Virus genome (UHGV): UHGV-0312576
Direction: 5' to 3' (one strand)
Length of the DNA: 64,000 nt
Source of the DNA: a virus
The first letter of the stretch is position 1; each line of letters begins with the position of its first letter. This document shows positions 18,004 to 27,944 of this stretch, in pieces. The position numbers and the translations under genes are program-made. The notes beneath the pieces were generated by a model. The model was not told the origin of the DNA, did not search any database, and worked only from the letters and a program-made list of their open reading frames with translations.

Positions 18004-18252
18004 ATGGATAAGTATTATAGAGCCAGAGTTAGAGCAAGATGGGGTATTGATGAAGTAATGCTATGCGGATATACGTTCCAAGAAGCAATTAAGAGGTTTT
18101 CTAAAGACTGTATTGAATCGGATGATACAGGGTACTTTTTTGATTTGGGGAATGCTGATATAAGCAGTATGGAAGATAACGAACATATTTACTATGTGGA
18201 TGATTTGCGTGGAAAATATGCGATAGAGATTGAGTCATTTGAGGTGAACTAA
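18004..18252 (+). CDS. hypothetical protein (82 aa)
   Basis: ORF-track frame with a GGAGAG RBS at the internal Met. Confidence 0.45.
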   Translation: MDKYYRARVRARWGIDEVMLCGYTFQEAIKRFSKDCIESDDTGYFFDLGNADISSMEDNEHIYYVDDLRGKYAIEIESFEVN

Positions 18253-18290
18253 CAAAAAGCAATTTCATTTGAAGGATGGAGGCAAATATT

Positions 18291-18788
18291 ATGACGATGC
18301 AAGAATGTATTTTGACAAAACTTTTAGATTGTGGTAGTGCTGATTTATCACTTCTTGAAGACATAAATTATGATTTAGATGAAATTCTGGACGGTCTTAT
18401 GAAAAATGGAGATTTGAGCATAAATAGTCTGTTTAGGGAAGTGTTCAGAACTGGGGCAATGGAATTAAAAGAAGAATTTGAATTGCAGAAAGATTATATA
18501 GAAGAGAGGATAAAAGAGGAGCTAGAAGAAGTAAGGAAAGAATGCATTGAGTACGGATTGATGACAGAGGAACAAATTGAAGAAGATCAAGATTATATAA
18601 AACTTGTTACTGACTTGGAATTGTTACATAGTGATGAGTTAAATCCAGAAGAGGATATTGAATGTTACTGCAACTATATGGACACTCATGTTTTTCTGAA
18701 ACATATTGATTTTTATAGAAAGTGGATGGAGTCAGAAGTTAATGATATCGAAGATAAAATGGGGTGGGAATTTAAAAACATAGCGTAA
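18291..18788 (+). CDS. acidic hypothetical protein (165 aa)
   Basis: GGATGGAGG RBS. Glu/Asp-rich. Confidence 0.5.
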   Translation: MTMQECILTKLLDCGSADLSLLEDINYDLDEILDGLMKNGDLSINSLFREVFRTGAMELKEEFELQKDYIEERIKEELEEVRKECIEYGLMTEEQIEEDQDYIKLVTDLELLHSDELNPEEDIECYCNYMDTHVFLKHIDFYRKWMESEVNDIEDKMGWEFKNIA

Positions 18789-18829
18789 GAAATTCACATT
18801 TCAAGCCTATTTCATGGAGGAGATACATA

Positions 18830-19051
18830 ATGGATATAAATAAATTCTGCGTTAATGATAAGACATGTGGAAGTTGTTGGGGAACTCTAGTTGCTTTTGA
18901 CAAACTGGAAGAACTTATTTCTTATGAAAACTGCAAAATGGAATTTCAGCAAAGGTTGTATGAATGGAACGGCAAATTATATCTTTGGTTTAAAGATATG
19001 AGCAAAGATCCTGACGGGCTTACAGGTGATAATTATTTTATAGAAATATAA
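18830..19051 (+). CDS. hypothetical protein (73 aa)
   Basis: ORF track. RBS GGAGGAG. Confidence 0.45.
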   Translation: MDINKFCVNDKTCGSCWGTLVAFDKLEELISYENCKMEFQQRLYEWNGKLYLWFKDMSKDPDGLTGDNYFIEI

Positions 19052-19152
19052 ATATAAAGTAGGGAAGTTTCATAGTGGGAAGACTTATGTGGCTATGATG
19101 GGACTAATAAGCGTTGGATGCATCAAAGTTTAGTGAAAAACAGGAGCAAAAT

Positions 19153-19374
19153 ATGAGTTATTACAAGAATTGGAAGTGTTATAGTTATGGTCTTTGGGGT
19201 AGTACACAAGAATTTGAATATCAGACTCTTAAAGAATATTTTGATATTGACGGAAGTGATGTGGCTTTTTGTAAAAAAGATATTTTAGAATATAAAGCCA
19301 ATAATTATTATCAAATAGAAGCAGGTGGGAAGCTTAATGGAAAAGCGTATGGGTTTGTAATTATGCTTAAATAA
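19153..19374 (+). CDS. hypothetical protein (73 aa)
   Basis: ORF-track frame with an internal Met after CAGGAG. Confidence 0.4.
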   Translation: MSYYKNWKCYSYGLWGSTQEFEYQTLKEYFDIDGSDVAFCKKDILEYKANNYYQIEAGGKLNGKAYGFVIMLK

Positions 19375-19397
19375 AGAACAAAGGGAGTTAGAAGATT

Positions 19398-19727
19398 ATG
19401 AAAACAGTTAGATGTTATAGAAAATATGGAGAATTAAAAAAAGAAATATCCTCTGGTCACTATGATATATCTATGGATTCTGTGGGACAGTTAATAAATT
19501 ATCCACTTGGATATAGCACAGACATTACGATAAGGGATTATGACGGAACTATGTGCATTGATTATGATGTATACAAAAACGATGAACATGGAAAGGTTCT
19601 CGAATACCTTGACGGTGGGAAGGTTTGTGATGTTTCCCAAATGCCTTTTACAGATAAAGGATTTTGGAGATTAATTAAAAGGAATATAAAAGATCATTTA
19701 AAACTACATAGAATATTGTTCCAATAA
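19398..19727 (+). CDS. hypothetical protein (109 aa)
   Basis: ORF track. RBS AAGGGAG. Confidence 0.5.
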   Translation: MKTVRCYRKYGELKKEISSGHYDISMDSVGQLINYPLGYSTDITIRDYDGTMCIDYDVYKNDEHGKVLEYLDGGKVCDVSQMPFTDKGFWRLIKRNIKDHLKLHRILFQ

Positions 19728-19759
19728 CTTATCAATTAAATAGTGAAAGGGGTTACATA

Positions 19760-19948
19760 GTGGCACGGGTAAAATATATGAACAAAGAACAGAAGAAGCA
19801 ATACAATCTTTCACAGTATCCTAATTTTTCTGTGACTGGAAGTATTTATGGAATGAAGAAACTGTATTGCGGTATGGACGCACTTTTAGTAAGAAGTGGT
19901 TCATGGATTTATCGTGTGCCGGAGAGCGTTTATAATGTAGCACATTGA
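19760..19948 (+). CDS. hypothetical protein (62 aa)
   Basis: ORF track. Confidence 0.4.
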   Translation: MARVKYMNKEQKKQYNLSQYPNFSVTGSIYGMKKLYCGMDALLVRSGSWIYRVPESVYNVAH

Positions 19949-19962
19949 ATGGAGGAAATAAC

Positions 19963-20226
19963 ATGACAGATTGGACATTAGAAATGATTGAGGAAGTAGA
20001 AAAACTTAATGTTAATACACCATACGGACAGATTATTGATGCAGACACTATTTTAGTAGATGCATTACAAACAAATGATTTTGAGCTTTCAGGTATCGCT
20101 CAAGATATATTCAATATTTACAAAGAAAGTCAAGATAAGCCATCTGTAAAGAAAATATTTTATGAATTTGTGGGAGTGGAATTTGACGAATATCTTATGA
20201 AATGTCAAAAGGAAATAAGCAGATGA
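19963..20226 (+). CDS. hypothetical protein (87 aa)
   Basis: GGAGGA RBS at the internal Met. Confidence 0.45.
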   Translation: MTDWTLEMIEEVEKLNVNTPYGQIIDADTILVDALQTNDFELSGIAQDIFNIYKESQDKPSVKKIFYEFVGVEFDEYLMKCQKEISR

Positions 20227-20279
20227 ATCAATGATTTGATGGGAGAATATAAGGTTATAAAATTTTTGGAGGATGGATT

Positions 20280-20546
20280 ATGTTTATAGAACTGTATTGC
20301 AAAAAGGCATTTGAAGATTTGCTGGGACATTTCGTAGTTGGAGATATTTATAGTGGCAACCTTGATATTAGAGATGAATCCATGTTCAAGTTTCACCTCA
20401 ATTGGATATTGAGACATGTAAATAACGGAGATTTTAAAATTGTTGCTCCTTGGAAATATACAAAAGCACATATTAATCAAGATTTAATAAATAACAGATA
20501 TGTAGTTCCTTTGATTGAATATTGTGAAGCATTTTATAACAAATGA
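20280..20546 (+). CDS. hypothetical protein (88 aa)
   Basis: ORF track. RBS GGAGGATGG. Confidence 0.45.
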   Translation: MFIELYCKKAFEDLLGHFVVGDIYSGNLDIRDESMFKFHLNWILRHVNNGDFKIVAPWKYTKAHINQDLINNRYVVPLIEYCEAFYNK

Positions 20547-20584
20547 AATGTACCATTCAGGGTATAGGAAGCGAGGGAAGAATT

Positions 20585-20764
20585 ATGAGTAAGGAAGAAA
20601 AAATTGAATTAAGTTTCACTGATGATATTGGATATACAGCATTTTCAGTATATAGAACGTGGTATGAAAAACAACATTTAACAAATGCGGAAAAGTTATA
20701 TCACTTGGCATGTGCTGATGATGAAAGTGATTTAATAGATTGTACAGGAAAATACTACGAATGA
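20585..20764 (+). CDS. small hypothetical protein (59 aa)
   Basis: GGAAGCGAGGGAAG RBS at the internal Met. Confidence 0.4.
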   Translation: MSKEEKIELSFTDDIGYTAFSVYRTWYEKQHLTNAEKLYHLACADDESDLIDCTGKYYE

Positions 20765-20819
20765 TGTCTTTCATCATTTTATTAAATAAGGAGACGGTTA
20801 AAGAACGGAGAGATGCAAT

Positions 20820-21011
20820 ATGAATGAATTTCATTTAGAATTGGAATTTAATACCGACACAGATAATGTTGGTTTCCTATCAATATCACAAGTTGGATTA
20901 AAGAAAGGTAAGAAATATAGAGAGAAACAAAAGTCTTATTACACAGAAAATTTGAACAAACAATTTATTGTTGATTCGGTAGAAAACTTTGTGAATGAGA
21001 AGTTGTCGTAA
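20820..21011 (+). CDS. hypothetical protein (63 aa)
   Basis: ORF track. Confidence 0.4.
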   Translation: MNEFHLELEFNTDTDNVGFLSISQVGLKKGKKYREKQKSYYTENLNKQFIVDSVENFVNEKLS

Positions 21012-21046
21012 TAGGAAATGCACGTTTACAGAGTGGAGGTGCATAA

Positions 21047-21271
21047 ATGAGAAGTCCAATGAGCAGCAACTTGGTATGTTTAATAGAACAAGCCATTGAT
21101 GATTGTTACTTCAAAGGTGAGGGACGTGTTAATGATGAGAAAGGGTTATCTATTTATGCTGAGTGGACAGATAGTAAAAATGAAGGATATTCAGTCATGT
21201 TAATTACCATAAAGGAAAATGGCATTGTGAGATTTTCATATTGTGATTATGGAACACAATGTGCTAATTGA
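21047..21271 (+). CDS. hypothetical protein (74 aa)
   Basis: ORF track. RBS GGAGGTG. Confidence 0.45.
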   Translation: MRSPMSSNLVCLIEQAIDDCYFKGEGRVNDEKGLSIYAEWTDSKNEGYSVMLITIKENGIVRFSYCDYGTQCAN

Positions 21272-21303
21272 GAGTAAGGGTTTTAGAAAGGAAGCGACGG
21301 AAT

Positions 21304-21486
21304 ATGAAAGATTATTTGATTATTTTGAATATGGGAAAAGACTATAAACTCCCTTTACATTTAAAATCCCATAACCACGCGGAGGCTCTCTTGAAGGCAA
21401 GTGAGTTTTGTGTAACTGAGGGATACTACCCAATGGGTATAGATGTAATCTTATTGCACAGCAATATAGGTATTATAGAAATTTAG
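21304..21486 (+). CDS. small hypothetical protein (60 aa)
   Basis: AAGGAAG RBS at the internal Met. Confidence 0.4.
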   Translation: MKDYLIILNMGKDYKLPLHLKSHNHAEALLKASEFCVTEGYYPMGIDVILLHSNIGIIEI

Positions 21487-21633
21487 CAATGATGGTGGTG
21501 GCAATCAGAGAATATATATCTGGTTGCTTTTATTTTTGCTCAGAAAGGGAATTAGTATGATGACATATATTTACTGTGCAATAATTGAATTGGAAAACAA
21601 GAGTATATAGAGAAAAGAGAGGTGGAACCTATA

Positions 21634-21981
21634 ATGAAATTTTATCATGAATCAGTTGGTGAATGCGTAAACCAGGTTTATGAAATAAATGCAGACACCT
21701 GGGAAGATGCCAAAAAGAAGGCTTTCAATGATATGGCCGTTGGGGACTATATTGCAATGTGTGATGAAAATGCGGTAAAAGAATGCGATAACTGGAGAGA
21801 TTATCATTACATAGATGAGGAAATGTGCGAGAAATATGCACGATTAGGGAAGGGATGCTGGGCAACTTATTTGAATTCTGATATTGAATACTGGGAAGAA
21901 CGTGTTTATTCATTTTCAGATGCTCCAGACACATATTTAGATAGTAACGGTGACGTGTTTGACGATTGGAAACACGTTTAA
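21634..21981 (+). CDS. hypothetical protein (115 aa)
   Basis: GAGAGGTGG RBS. Confidence 0.45.
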   Translation: MKFYHESVGECVNQVYEINADTWEDAKKKAFNDMAVGDYIAMCDENAVKECDNWRDYHYIDEEMCEKYARLGKGCWATYLNSDIEYWEERVYSFSDAPDTYLDSNGDVFDDWKHV

Positions 21982-22013
21982 AATATACTTTTCGAGCGAA
22001 GAAGGAGAGAAAT

Positions 22014-22232
22014 ATGTACAAAGTAAAATATACAGACAGTACGGGAAACAACGATAGTATTCAAGATTATTTAACTAAGAAAGAAGCTATAGAAGCGATT
22101 GATTACGAGTTAGATGAAGTGAAGGAATATTTTAAAGGGAGAAACTACGACTATGGAGAATCGGGGAATAAAACAGAAATATGGGATAAAGATGGAAGTG
22201 AGTATGCTTGTTGGGAAATAATTCAAAAATAG
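22014..22232 (+). CDS. hypothetical protein (72 aa)
   Basis: AAGGAGAG RBS. Confidence 0.45.
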   Translation: MYKVKYTDSTGNNDSIQDYLTKKEAIEAIDYELDEVKEYFKGRNYDYGESGNKTEIWDKDGSEYACWEIIQK

Positions 22233-22371
22233 AAAAAAATATTGAAAGTTAATCTATAGAGAAGAAATCTGGCACTGGTTTGAGGAAGCATTTAATGTGA
22301 GTGTTGCAGAGGATTTAATGGGCATGTAAACGGAGAATTACATAGTATCAAGAAAAGATGGAGGAAACAAA

Positions 22372-22533
22372 ATGAGCTATAAAAATCTTAAGCCAGAAGA
22401 GGTAATAGAACGGATTCAGGATTTACAGGACTATTTGATGGGAAAACGACAAGAACCAAAATTCCCTTGTTCTGAAATTCTCGGAGCATTAGAATATGCA
22501 AAAGAAACCGTAAGTGTTTTGAAGAGAGCATGA
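22372..22533 (+). CDS. small hypothetical protein (53 aa)
   Basis: GATGGAGG RBS. ATG at 22372, TGA at 22531. Confidence 0.4.
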   Translation: MSYKNLKPEEVIERIQDLQDYLMGKRQEPKFPCSEILGALEYAKETVSVLKRA

Positions 22534-22567
22534 AATACATGTTTGCTGGGAAGGTGAGGATAAAATT

Positions 22568-23158
22568 ATGAATAGAAAATATGACATGAGAATTTGTAAA
22601 TGCGGAAGAATACATATGATTCCGACTGAGAAAATTGAAAAAGCATTGGAAGATAATAAAAATCTTCTTCTTATCTGTGCCGGATGTGGAGCTGCTACAT
22701 TAATAGGGGCAGATATACAGCCGGATTGGGATGAACCAGACAAGGATTGCTATATGATGTATGCCAGTGATTTTTCAAGCTATAAGGATGTGAGCATTAA
22801 TGTATTAGATTTTGATAAGACAGAAGATTTAAAAGGGATTGAAGAAATCTATTACAGTCACGGTCAGAAAGTTCCTATGATGACGGGACAGTATGCAACT
22901 GACTATTTTAATGGGAGATTTTCTGATAGGTGGTATCCAGACTTTTACAAAATTCAGAGAAAAGATATAACAGTTGAAGAAATAATGAAGTTTATTGACG
23001 AATATAAGCATGATAGAACTACTGTAAATATGGACTGGTTTATCAAACAGACGCCAGAGGACATGTTGTTTGAGATTTCCTGTTATATGATTGATGGGTT
23101 TGACTGGAGTGGCACAAAATTTGAAAACGGATGGAATAGTAAACAAAAGGAGAGTTGA
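22568..23158 (+). CDS. hypothetical protein with N-terminal CxxC...CxxC (196 aa)
   Basis: ORF track. RBS GGTGAGGA. Confidence 0.5.
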   Translation: MNRKYDMRICKCGRIHMIPTEKIEKALEDNKNLLLICAGCGAATLIGADIQPDWDEPDKDCYMMYASDFSSYKDVSINVLDFDKTEDLKGIEEIYYSHGQKVPMMTGQYATDYFNGRFSDRWYPDFYKIQRKDITVEEIMKFIDEYKHDRTTVNMDWFIKQTPEDMLFEISCYMIDGFDWSGTKFENGWNSKQKES

Positions 23159-23162
23159 GTAT

Positions 23163-23690
23163 ATGTTATCTTTGAAGCAGTCAAATATTATCAAAGAACA
23201 GTTACGACAGGAGAACGCTCATGAATTTGTTGAAAACCTAATCATGAGCTATGCGACGGATACAAACAGAATCGGAGAGCTGCTTGCCTTGATTCCTCGA
23301 ATTGCGGATCGGCAGCTTCAGATTAAACAGAAACAGATTCAGGAATACGTCTTTGCATATAACCTGTTACTTGGAGAAAGACTCAGATGTAAATCTAAAG
23401 CCGGGAAAGTATATAGGCCGGAATTTACAACACTTCTATATGGTTGTAAGGCGCACTTTCCGAATAGCTCCGGTGACGGAGGAAGTCAGGTAGAACAAGA
23501 ATTCTTTTCTGAGTTCATTGAGATTGTAAAGAACAAGGATGGGTTTGACTACGAAAAAGAAGAAGACTGGGAGTGGATTTGTAACACGGCGGATTGCAGG
23601 GAATGGATGCTAGAGGTTATTAAACGGTATATTGATGTTGATTTTGTTGAACCAGAAGTGAGGGTAAGGAGCTACAGAGGAAGGAGATAA
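23163..23690 (+). CDS. hypothetical protein (175 aa)
   Basis: AAAGGAGAG RBS at the internal Met of ORF-track entry 23091-23690. Confidence 0.5.
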   Translation: MLSLKQSNIIKEQLRQENAHEFVENLIMSYATDTNRIGELLALIPRIADRQLQIKQKQIQEYVFAYNLLLGERLRCKSKAGKVYRPEFTTLLYGCKAHFPNSSGDGGSQVEQEFFSEFIEIVKNKDGFDYEKEEDWEWICNTADCREWMLEVIKRYIDVDFVEPEVRVRSYRGRR

Positions 23691-23695
23691 ATGAT

Positions 23696-23881
23696 ATGCC
23701 GATATTTGAATTTTGGTTAGGAACCGAAGATACGGACAGATTGTTTTCTGTTAAGGCAGCACAGGGTAAGACAGATTTGACTGCTAACGATTTTGCACAG
23801 GAATTGTTAGAGAATGAATTACATAGGCTTCACCCTGGTGTGGTGAGATATGACGAAAATGGAGAGGAAATCAGAAGATGA
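23696..23881 (+). CDS. hypothetical protein (61 aa)
   Basis: ORF track. Confidence 0.4.
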   Translation: MPIFEFWLGTEDTDRLFSVKAAQGKTDLTANDFAQELLENELHRLHPGVVRYDENGEEIRR

Positions 23882-24080
23882 ATTAGAAGAGGTACAGAGG
23901 CCGGGAGGAGGACGATTAATGCAGAGTGAGTTTAATAAAGGTGCCGCGTATGCAAGAGATTGCATTTTAGCCAAAACTATGGAGAGATGCATGCGCAATT
24001 TAAAGGATAAAACACAAGTTTATAAGGGAGAGGTAAAAGTATGTTTGGAGTATATTTTAATAGATATGATAATGAATTAG
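23859..24080 (+). CDS. hypothetical protein (73 aa)
   Basis: ORF-track frame. Its start overlaps the end of the upstream gene. Confidence 0.35.
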   Translation: MERKSEDELEEVQRPGGGRLMQSEFNKGAAYARDCILAKTMERCMRNLKDKTQVYKGEVKVCLEYILIDMIMN

Positions 24081-24307
24081 AAATTTATAAAATTTTTTCA
24101 GATGGAAGCCGTAGAAAAGTTGCGATATTATATGAAAAGAACGATTTTGTTCATGTTGATATAAGGGCAAATAATTTCCTTTGTGTTATAGCATTGGAAA
24201 ATAAATACGGCTTTTTTAGTCATAACATGAACGGTGTAAGTTTGAACGTATTATATTCGGATTGTATTGATAAGGGGATGAAAGATTTGGGTGATAATGA
24301 AAACTGA
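24041..24307 (+). CDS. hypothetical protein (88 aa)
   Basis: ORF track. RBS AAGGGAGAGG. Confidence 0.4.
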   Translation: MFGVYFNRYDNELEIYKIFSDGSRRKVAILYEKNDFVHVDIRANNFLCVIALENKYGFFSHNMNGVSLNVLYSDCIDKGMKDLGDNEN

Positions 24308-24390
24308 TGAAACATAGGTTTCTAGGCAGCTTACAATAATGTAGGCTGTTTATGTTTGTGATATTACAACTTATGAAGGAGGAGAAAGAG

Positions 24391-24648
24391 ATGATCCGAG
24401 AAATATATGAGGGCGATTTTCGACCTGTGGACAATATGGGAATGTCGGAGGAATATCAGGAGAAGCGTCAGGCTGCTTATGAGTTGGGCAAACAATTTAT
24501 GGATAAGCTTGAACCAGATGATATGGATGTGCTTTCAAAGATTCTGGAAGCGCATATGGAAGTGTTGGTAGCTGGAATGAAGGAAGGATATATCGCTGGA
24601 TTCAGTGATGGGATTAGGCTTGTAATAGAGGCTGTGAGTAGGAAATAG
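24391..24648 (+). CDS. hypothetical protein (85 aa)
   Basis: AGGAGGAG RBS at the internal Met. Confidence 0.45.
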   Translation: MIREIYEGDFRPVDNMGMSEEYQEKRQAAYELGKQFMDKLEPDDMDVLSKILEAHMEVLVAGMKEGYIAGFSDGIRLVIEAVSRK

Positions 24649-24721
24649 TTTGTGATTTACTTTGAATTTTGGTATAATACATGTTATTGAAACAGTGTTT
24701 AAGGAAAGGATGGTACAAAAT

Positions 24722-24952
24722 ATGGAACTGATTGCATCAATTATTCTTATAGCTATAACATGGGCTGTTATAAAGGCTCCAAGTCATGAAGCACACAATC
24801 GGCTGTGTCCACCAGGGAAGAGGTTGGATTACACTCAGATGGGCGTTGATCGGTCGAATGGTATGTCACAGAGAGATATTGATATTAAGACAAATAACGG
24901 AGGGTACGATGTCCCTAATAATATTCATACGACTCCGGCGAAAAAGAGGTAG
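24722..24952 (+). CDS. small membrane protein (76 aa)
   Basis: AAGGAAAGG RBS. N-terminal hydrophobic helix. Confidence 0.45.
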   Translation: MELIASIILIAITWAVIKAPSHEAHNRLCPPGKRLDYTQMGVDRSNGMSQRDIDIKTNNGGYDVPNNIHTTPAKKR

Positions 24953-24964
24953 GTTACAATAGAG

Positions 24965-24992
24965 GCCACTGGATGAAAATCTGGTGGCTTTT
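24965..24992 (+). terminator. rho-independent terminator
   Basis: 8-bp stem (with G-U pairs) followed by TTTTAT. Confidence 0.55.
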
Positions 24993-25214
24993 ATGATGGA
25001 AAAATTGTATAATGGGAGTGAAATATGTCATGAACAGGAATGTTTATAATATTATAGCAGCTTTTGAGAGTAATGGCAGGAAGATGTTAATTATCTGAAT
25101 GAGTGGGGCTACATGCATAATGCCTGAAGAAGAATATAATCGTATTATTATTACTGAGAGGAAATATTTTAGTGAAGAGAAAATAGCATAATGATAGTTG
25201 ATAGGAGGGCATAT

Positions 25215-25781
25215 ATGCCTGGATATATGGTTTACTGGCCAAAGGATCGAGTAGAAGAGATAAAAAGGGCTGGAGATGTAGGACCTATTAAAGTGGTTTT
25301 GGGTAGTATACATTTACGAATGCCAACGATTGTTTCAATCAAAGAAGGGGATGTTGTCTTTCCAGTAACACTAATAGATAAACATTTATACATAATGGCT
25401 CGTCTACCTGTAGAGCATCGTGAAGGAGCTTATGATTACCTTGTGCGCGAGTTGGGAAATCAGTGTAGTGCATTAGTTCCTGATGGGGTGGATTGGGATC
25501 TATATTATCAAACTCCATTTAAACCGTATTTGGAGCATCAGAGGCCATTCAACTGTTGCTCTGAATGGGCTGTTTGGGGAGAACAAGGCTCTAGTATTGA
25601 ACCTCGCCAGTTACCAGATGAGCTTTTATCTGAGTTGCGATTCGGATATCCTAAAAGCAAAGAAAAAGGACTGCGTTTTGATAAAAATGGTAATATACCG
25701 TCGTCTTGCTTGTGCTCTACTAGACGTTTGAGTTCAGAAACGTTTGAGATATTCGAGGCATTATTTAAAGATAGGCAATAG
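25215..25781 (+). CDS. hypothetical protein (188 aa), GC-richer than its neighbours
   Basis: GGAGGG RBS at the internal Met of ORF-track entry 25191-25781. Local GC content is elevated, which suggests a foreign cargo gene. Confidence 0.5.
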   Translation: MPGYMVYWPKDRVEEIKRAGDVGPIKVVLGSIHLRMPTIVSIKEGDVVFPVTLIDKHLYIMARLPVEHREGAYDYLVRELGNQCSALVPDGVDWDLYYQTPFKPYLEHQRPFNCCSEWAVWGEQGSSIEPRQLPDELLSELRFGYPKSKEKGLRFDKNGNIPSSCLCSTRRLSSETFEIFEALFKDRQ

Positions 25782-25821
25782 GTAAAGAAAGGATTATTTC
25801 ATGGGAGGAATATAGAAGCAT

Positions 25822-26100
25822 ATGGAAAAAATTGCGATGGGACACTTAAACAATAAGGTTTTATATTATTATATTCACATTAACAAAGAGAACCCCCAAA
25901 ATGTTAATATCTATATGGCACAACCTGGAGAATCGTTAGACTACAATGAAGAACCACTCACAGAAAATGTGGAACCGGAACATGTAGCAGAAATTATAAG
26001 TACTGTAGATGCAGATATGCGCGGAGACAATCAAGAACAATGCGTTTTTGTTAAAGTGTATGACACAAAGAAAAAGAAGTTTGTTCAGATATTAAAATAG
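25822..26100 (+). CDS. hypothetical protein (92 aa)
   Basis: ORF track. RBS GGGAGG. Confidence 0.45.
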   Translation: MEKIAMGHLNNKVLYYYIHINKENPQNVNIYMAQPGESLDYNEEPLTENVEPEHVAEIISTVDADMRGDNQEQCVFVKVYDTKKKKFVQILK

Positions 26101-26205
26101 CAGGAAATGATTGATGTGCGAGATGTGATACACCAGTGCAAGGACATACATATAAGACCAAAAAAGATTGAATTATTAGATTAATAGGAAAAGAGTGAGT
26201 ATATA

Positions 26206-26382
26206 TTGATAAAGAATTGCAAAACGTGTAGATGGGCAGGATGTAAGAACTATGGCAAAAATATGGGGTCTTGTGAGCGCTACATTCCATCCTTGGAAGA
26301 AGAAAAAAGAGAAAAAGACATTAGATTATCACTTATATCTGAAGTGATTAATGAAAGTGATATACCAGAAGAAATACGTTGA
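26206..26382 (+). CDS. small Cys-rich protein (58 aa, TTG start)
   Basis: AAGAGTGAG RBS. TTG at 26206, TGA at 26380. Contains CxxC...C. Confidence 0.3.
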   Translation: MIKNCKTCRWAGCKNYGKNMGSCERYIPSLEEEKREKDIRLSLISEVINESDIPEEIR

Positions 26383-26411
26383 AATAATAGATTCAAGGGA
26401 GATAAAATAAA

Positions 26412-26663
26412 ATGAATAACAATATGAAATGGTGTGTATGTAAATTTTATTATTCTACAAAGAATACAATTACAGAATGCGAATCGAAAGAAGAAGCAAT
26501 GAGGTTTGCCAATGATGGAAAGCAAAAAGCAATGGATGATGAATCGGTAGTAAGATATTTTGTTGCATTATTGAATAAGACAGAAGACGGATATGAAAGA
26601 GATCCCAAACATCCTAGCGCTTTGAACTTTTATGAGATGATAGATGTTTTAAAAGAGAAGTAG
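26412..26663 (+). CDS. hypothetical protein (83 aa)
   Basis: ORF track. RBS AAGGGAG. Confidence 0.45.
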   Translation: MNNNMKWCVCKFYYSTKNTITECESKEEAMRFANDGKQKAMDDESVVRYFVALLNKTEDGYERDPKHPSALNFYEMIDVLKEK

Positions 26664-26697
26664 CATGAAATTTGAGTTTACAGGGAGGAAATTTTAG

Positions 26698-27003
26698 ATG
26701 ATTAAGGAGTTTGTGAATTACATTAGTTCAAAAGAAGCATCAGATGATACTATAAAAGATTATCAGTTAGCATTGAATAAAATTGAAAGTGACTGTAATC
26801 AGGATCTAAATAACATTTCGCAGGATACTTTAAAAGAATACATCCACAGAATGAAAAGTGCTGGTCTGACTCTGACAACTGTAAAGCATAGATTTTATAT
26901 ACTATTGGCCTACTATAAATGGGCAGTTGCCAGTAAATATATTGATGTAAATCCTGTTGAAGGAATTATGAGTGAAGTTGATAAGTGGTATGCAATGGCA
27001 TAA
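26698..27003 (+). CDS. stand-alone tyrosine-recombinase core-binding (SAM-like N-terminal) domain protein
   Basis: 101 aa. The pattern 'F..Y......S..T...Y...L.....L..I....L..Y......L...T......L..YYKWA........NP..GI' matches the phage-integrase N-terminal SAM-like domain. No catalytic domain follows. Confidence 0.55.
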   Translation: MIKEFVNYISSKEASDDTIKDYQLALNKIESDCNQDLNNISQDTLKEYIHRMKSAGLTLTTVKHRFYILLAYYKWAVASKYIDVNPVEGIMSEVDKWYAMA

Positions 27004-27039
27004 AATCTAAGTTTCTTCAAATATGATGATTGGAGGATT

Positions 27040-27480
27040 ATGAACGAGAATATATTTAATAAGCCAGAAAAACCATTTTTATTATTGGCAGAAGATAGTG
27101 AACATTCTATCAGCTATCATTGGCTGGAGTCAGAGGAAGAATTACAAGAAGTAGCATTAGAATTAAAAGATGGGGGATGTAGAATTATTGAGGCTATTGA
27201 AATCGGCAGTTGTCGGAATGTAGAAATTAAACCAGACTATCTGGTGGATGATTTTATTGAGGAAATAAACTCAGCTTATGATAAAGCCAATGAATTAAAG
27301 TTTGATAGTGTTATTTTGTCAATAGACACTGATGCAGAAGAAACATATCATATTAATGATACTCCAGATGGATTCCAGTGTGATGAATTTGATTACTATT
27401 TTGACGATTTGGATTCTATTGCAGAGGCTTTGTTCGTTGAAAGAATGGTAGGAAAACCTGTAGAAATAAGGATTGAATAA
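27040..27480 (+). CDS. acidic hypothetical protein (146 aa)
   Basis: ORF track. RBS GGAGGA. Confidence 0.45.
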   Translation: MNENIFNKPEKPFLLLAEDSEHSISYHWLESEEELQEVALELKDGGCRIIEAIEIGSCRNVEIKPDYLVDDFIEEINSAYDKANELKFDSVILSIDTDAEETYHINDTPDGFQCDEFDYYFDDLDSIAEALFVERMVGKPVEIRIE

Positions 27481-27517
27481 CAGGATAAAATTAGATATTC
27501 GTTAGGAGGTAATTGGC

Positions 27518-27832
27518 ATGGGAAAGAAAGGGTATAGCAGACCAGGATTCTTTGGGGGAATTAATCACTATGATGAAAATGGACATAAGGTTGGACATAG
27601 CACCCCTGGACTATTCGGTGGGATGAATCATTATGACGAAAATGGAAATAAGACAGGATATAGTCATAGTGGTTTCCTGGGTGGCACAAATCATTATGAT
27701 TCAGATGGTCATAAGACAGGACATAGTACTCCTGGAGTGTTTGGTGGAGTAAACCATTACGATGAGTACGGTAAAAAGAAAGGTGAGAGCCTGAATGGAT
27801 TTTTCGGAGGCTGGAACCATTATGATAAGTAA
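27518..27832 (+). CDS. tandem-repeat protein: five copies of about 19 aa, 'G(F/L)FGGxNHYDExGxKxGxS'
   Basis: ORF track. The repeats are visible at both DNA and protein level. RBS AGGAGG. Confidence 0.5.
   Translation: MGKKGYSRPGFFGGINHYDENGHKVGHSTPGLFGGMNHYDENGNKTGYSHSGFLGGTNHYDSDGHKTGHSTPGVFGGVNHYDEYGKKKGESLNGFFGGWNHYDK
27540..27830 (+). repeat. five tandem 57-bp coding repeats
   Basis: Repeated ...GG(A/C)AT(T/G)AATCA(C/T)TATGA(T/C)GAAAATGG.CA.AAG... units. Confidence 0.6.
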
Positions 27833-27878
27833 TTGATAGAGGACTGGATTATCAAATCTTCTGTTGTTATAAAAACAT

Positions 27879-27913
27879 ACGTAGGAATCCTTTTTGGATA
27901 CCTACGTTTTTTA
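27879..27913 (+). terminator. rho-independent terminator
   Basis: ATACGTAGG...CCTACGT 7-bp stem followed by TTTTTT. Confidence 0.65.
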
Positions 27914-27944
27914 GTGCAAAAAAATAAAAAAGGAGAATATTATT

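Noticed and set aside
17772-18005. minus-strand 77-aa ORF
   Set aside because: Antisense to two RBS-supported + strand genes in a uniformly + strand operon.
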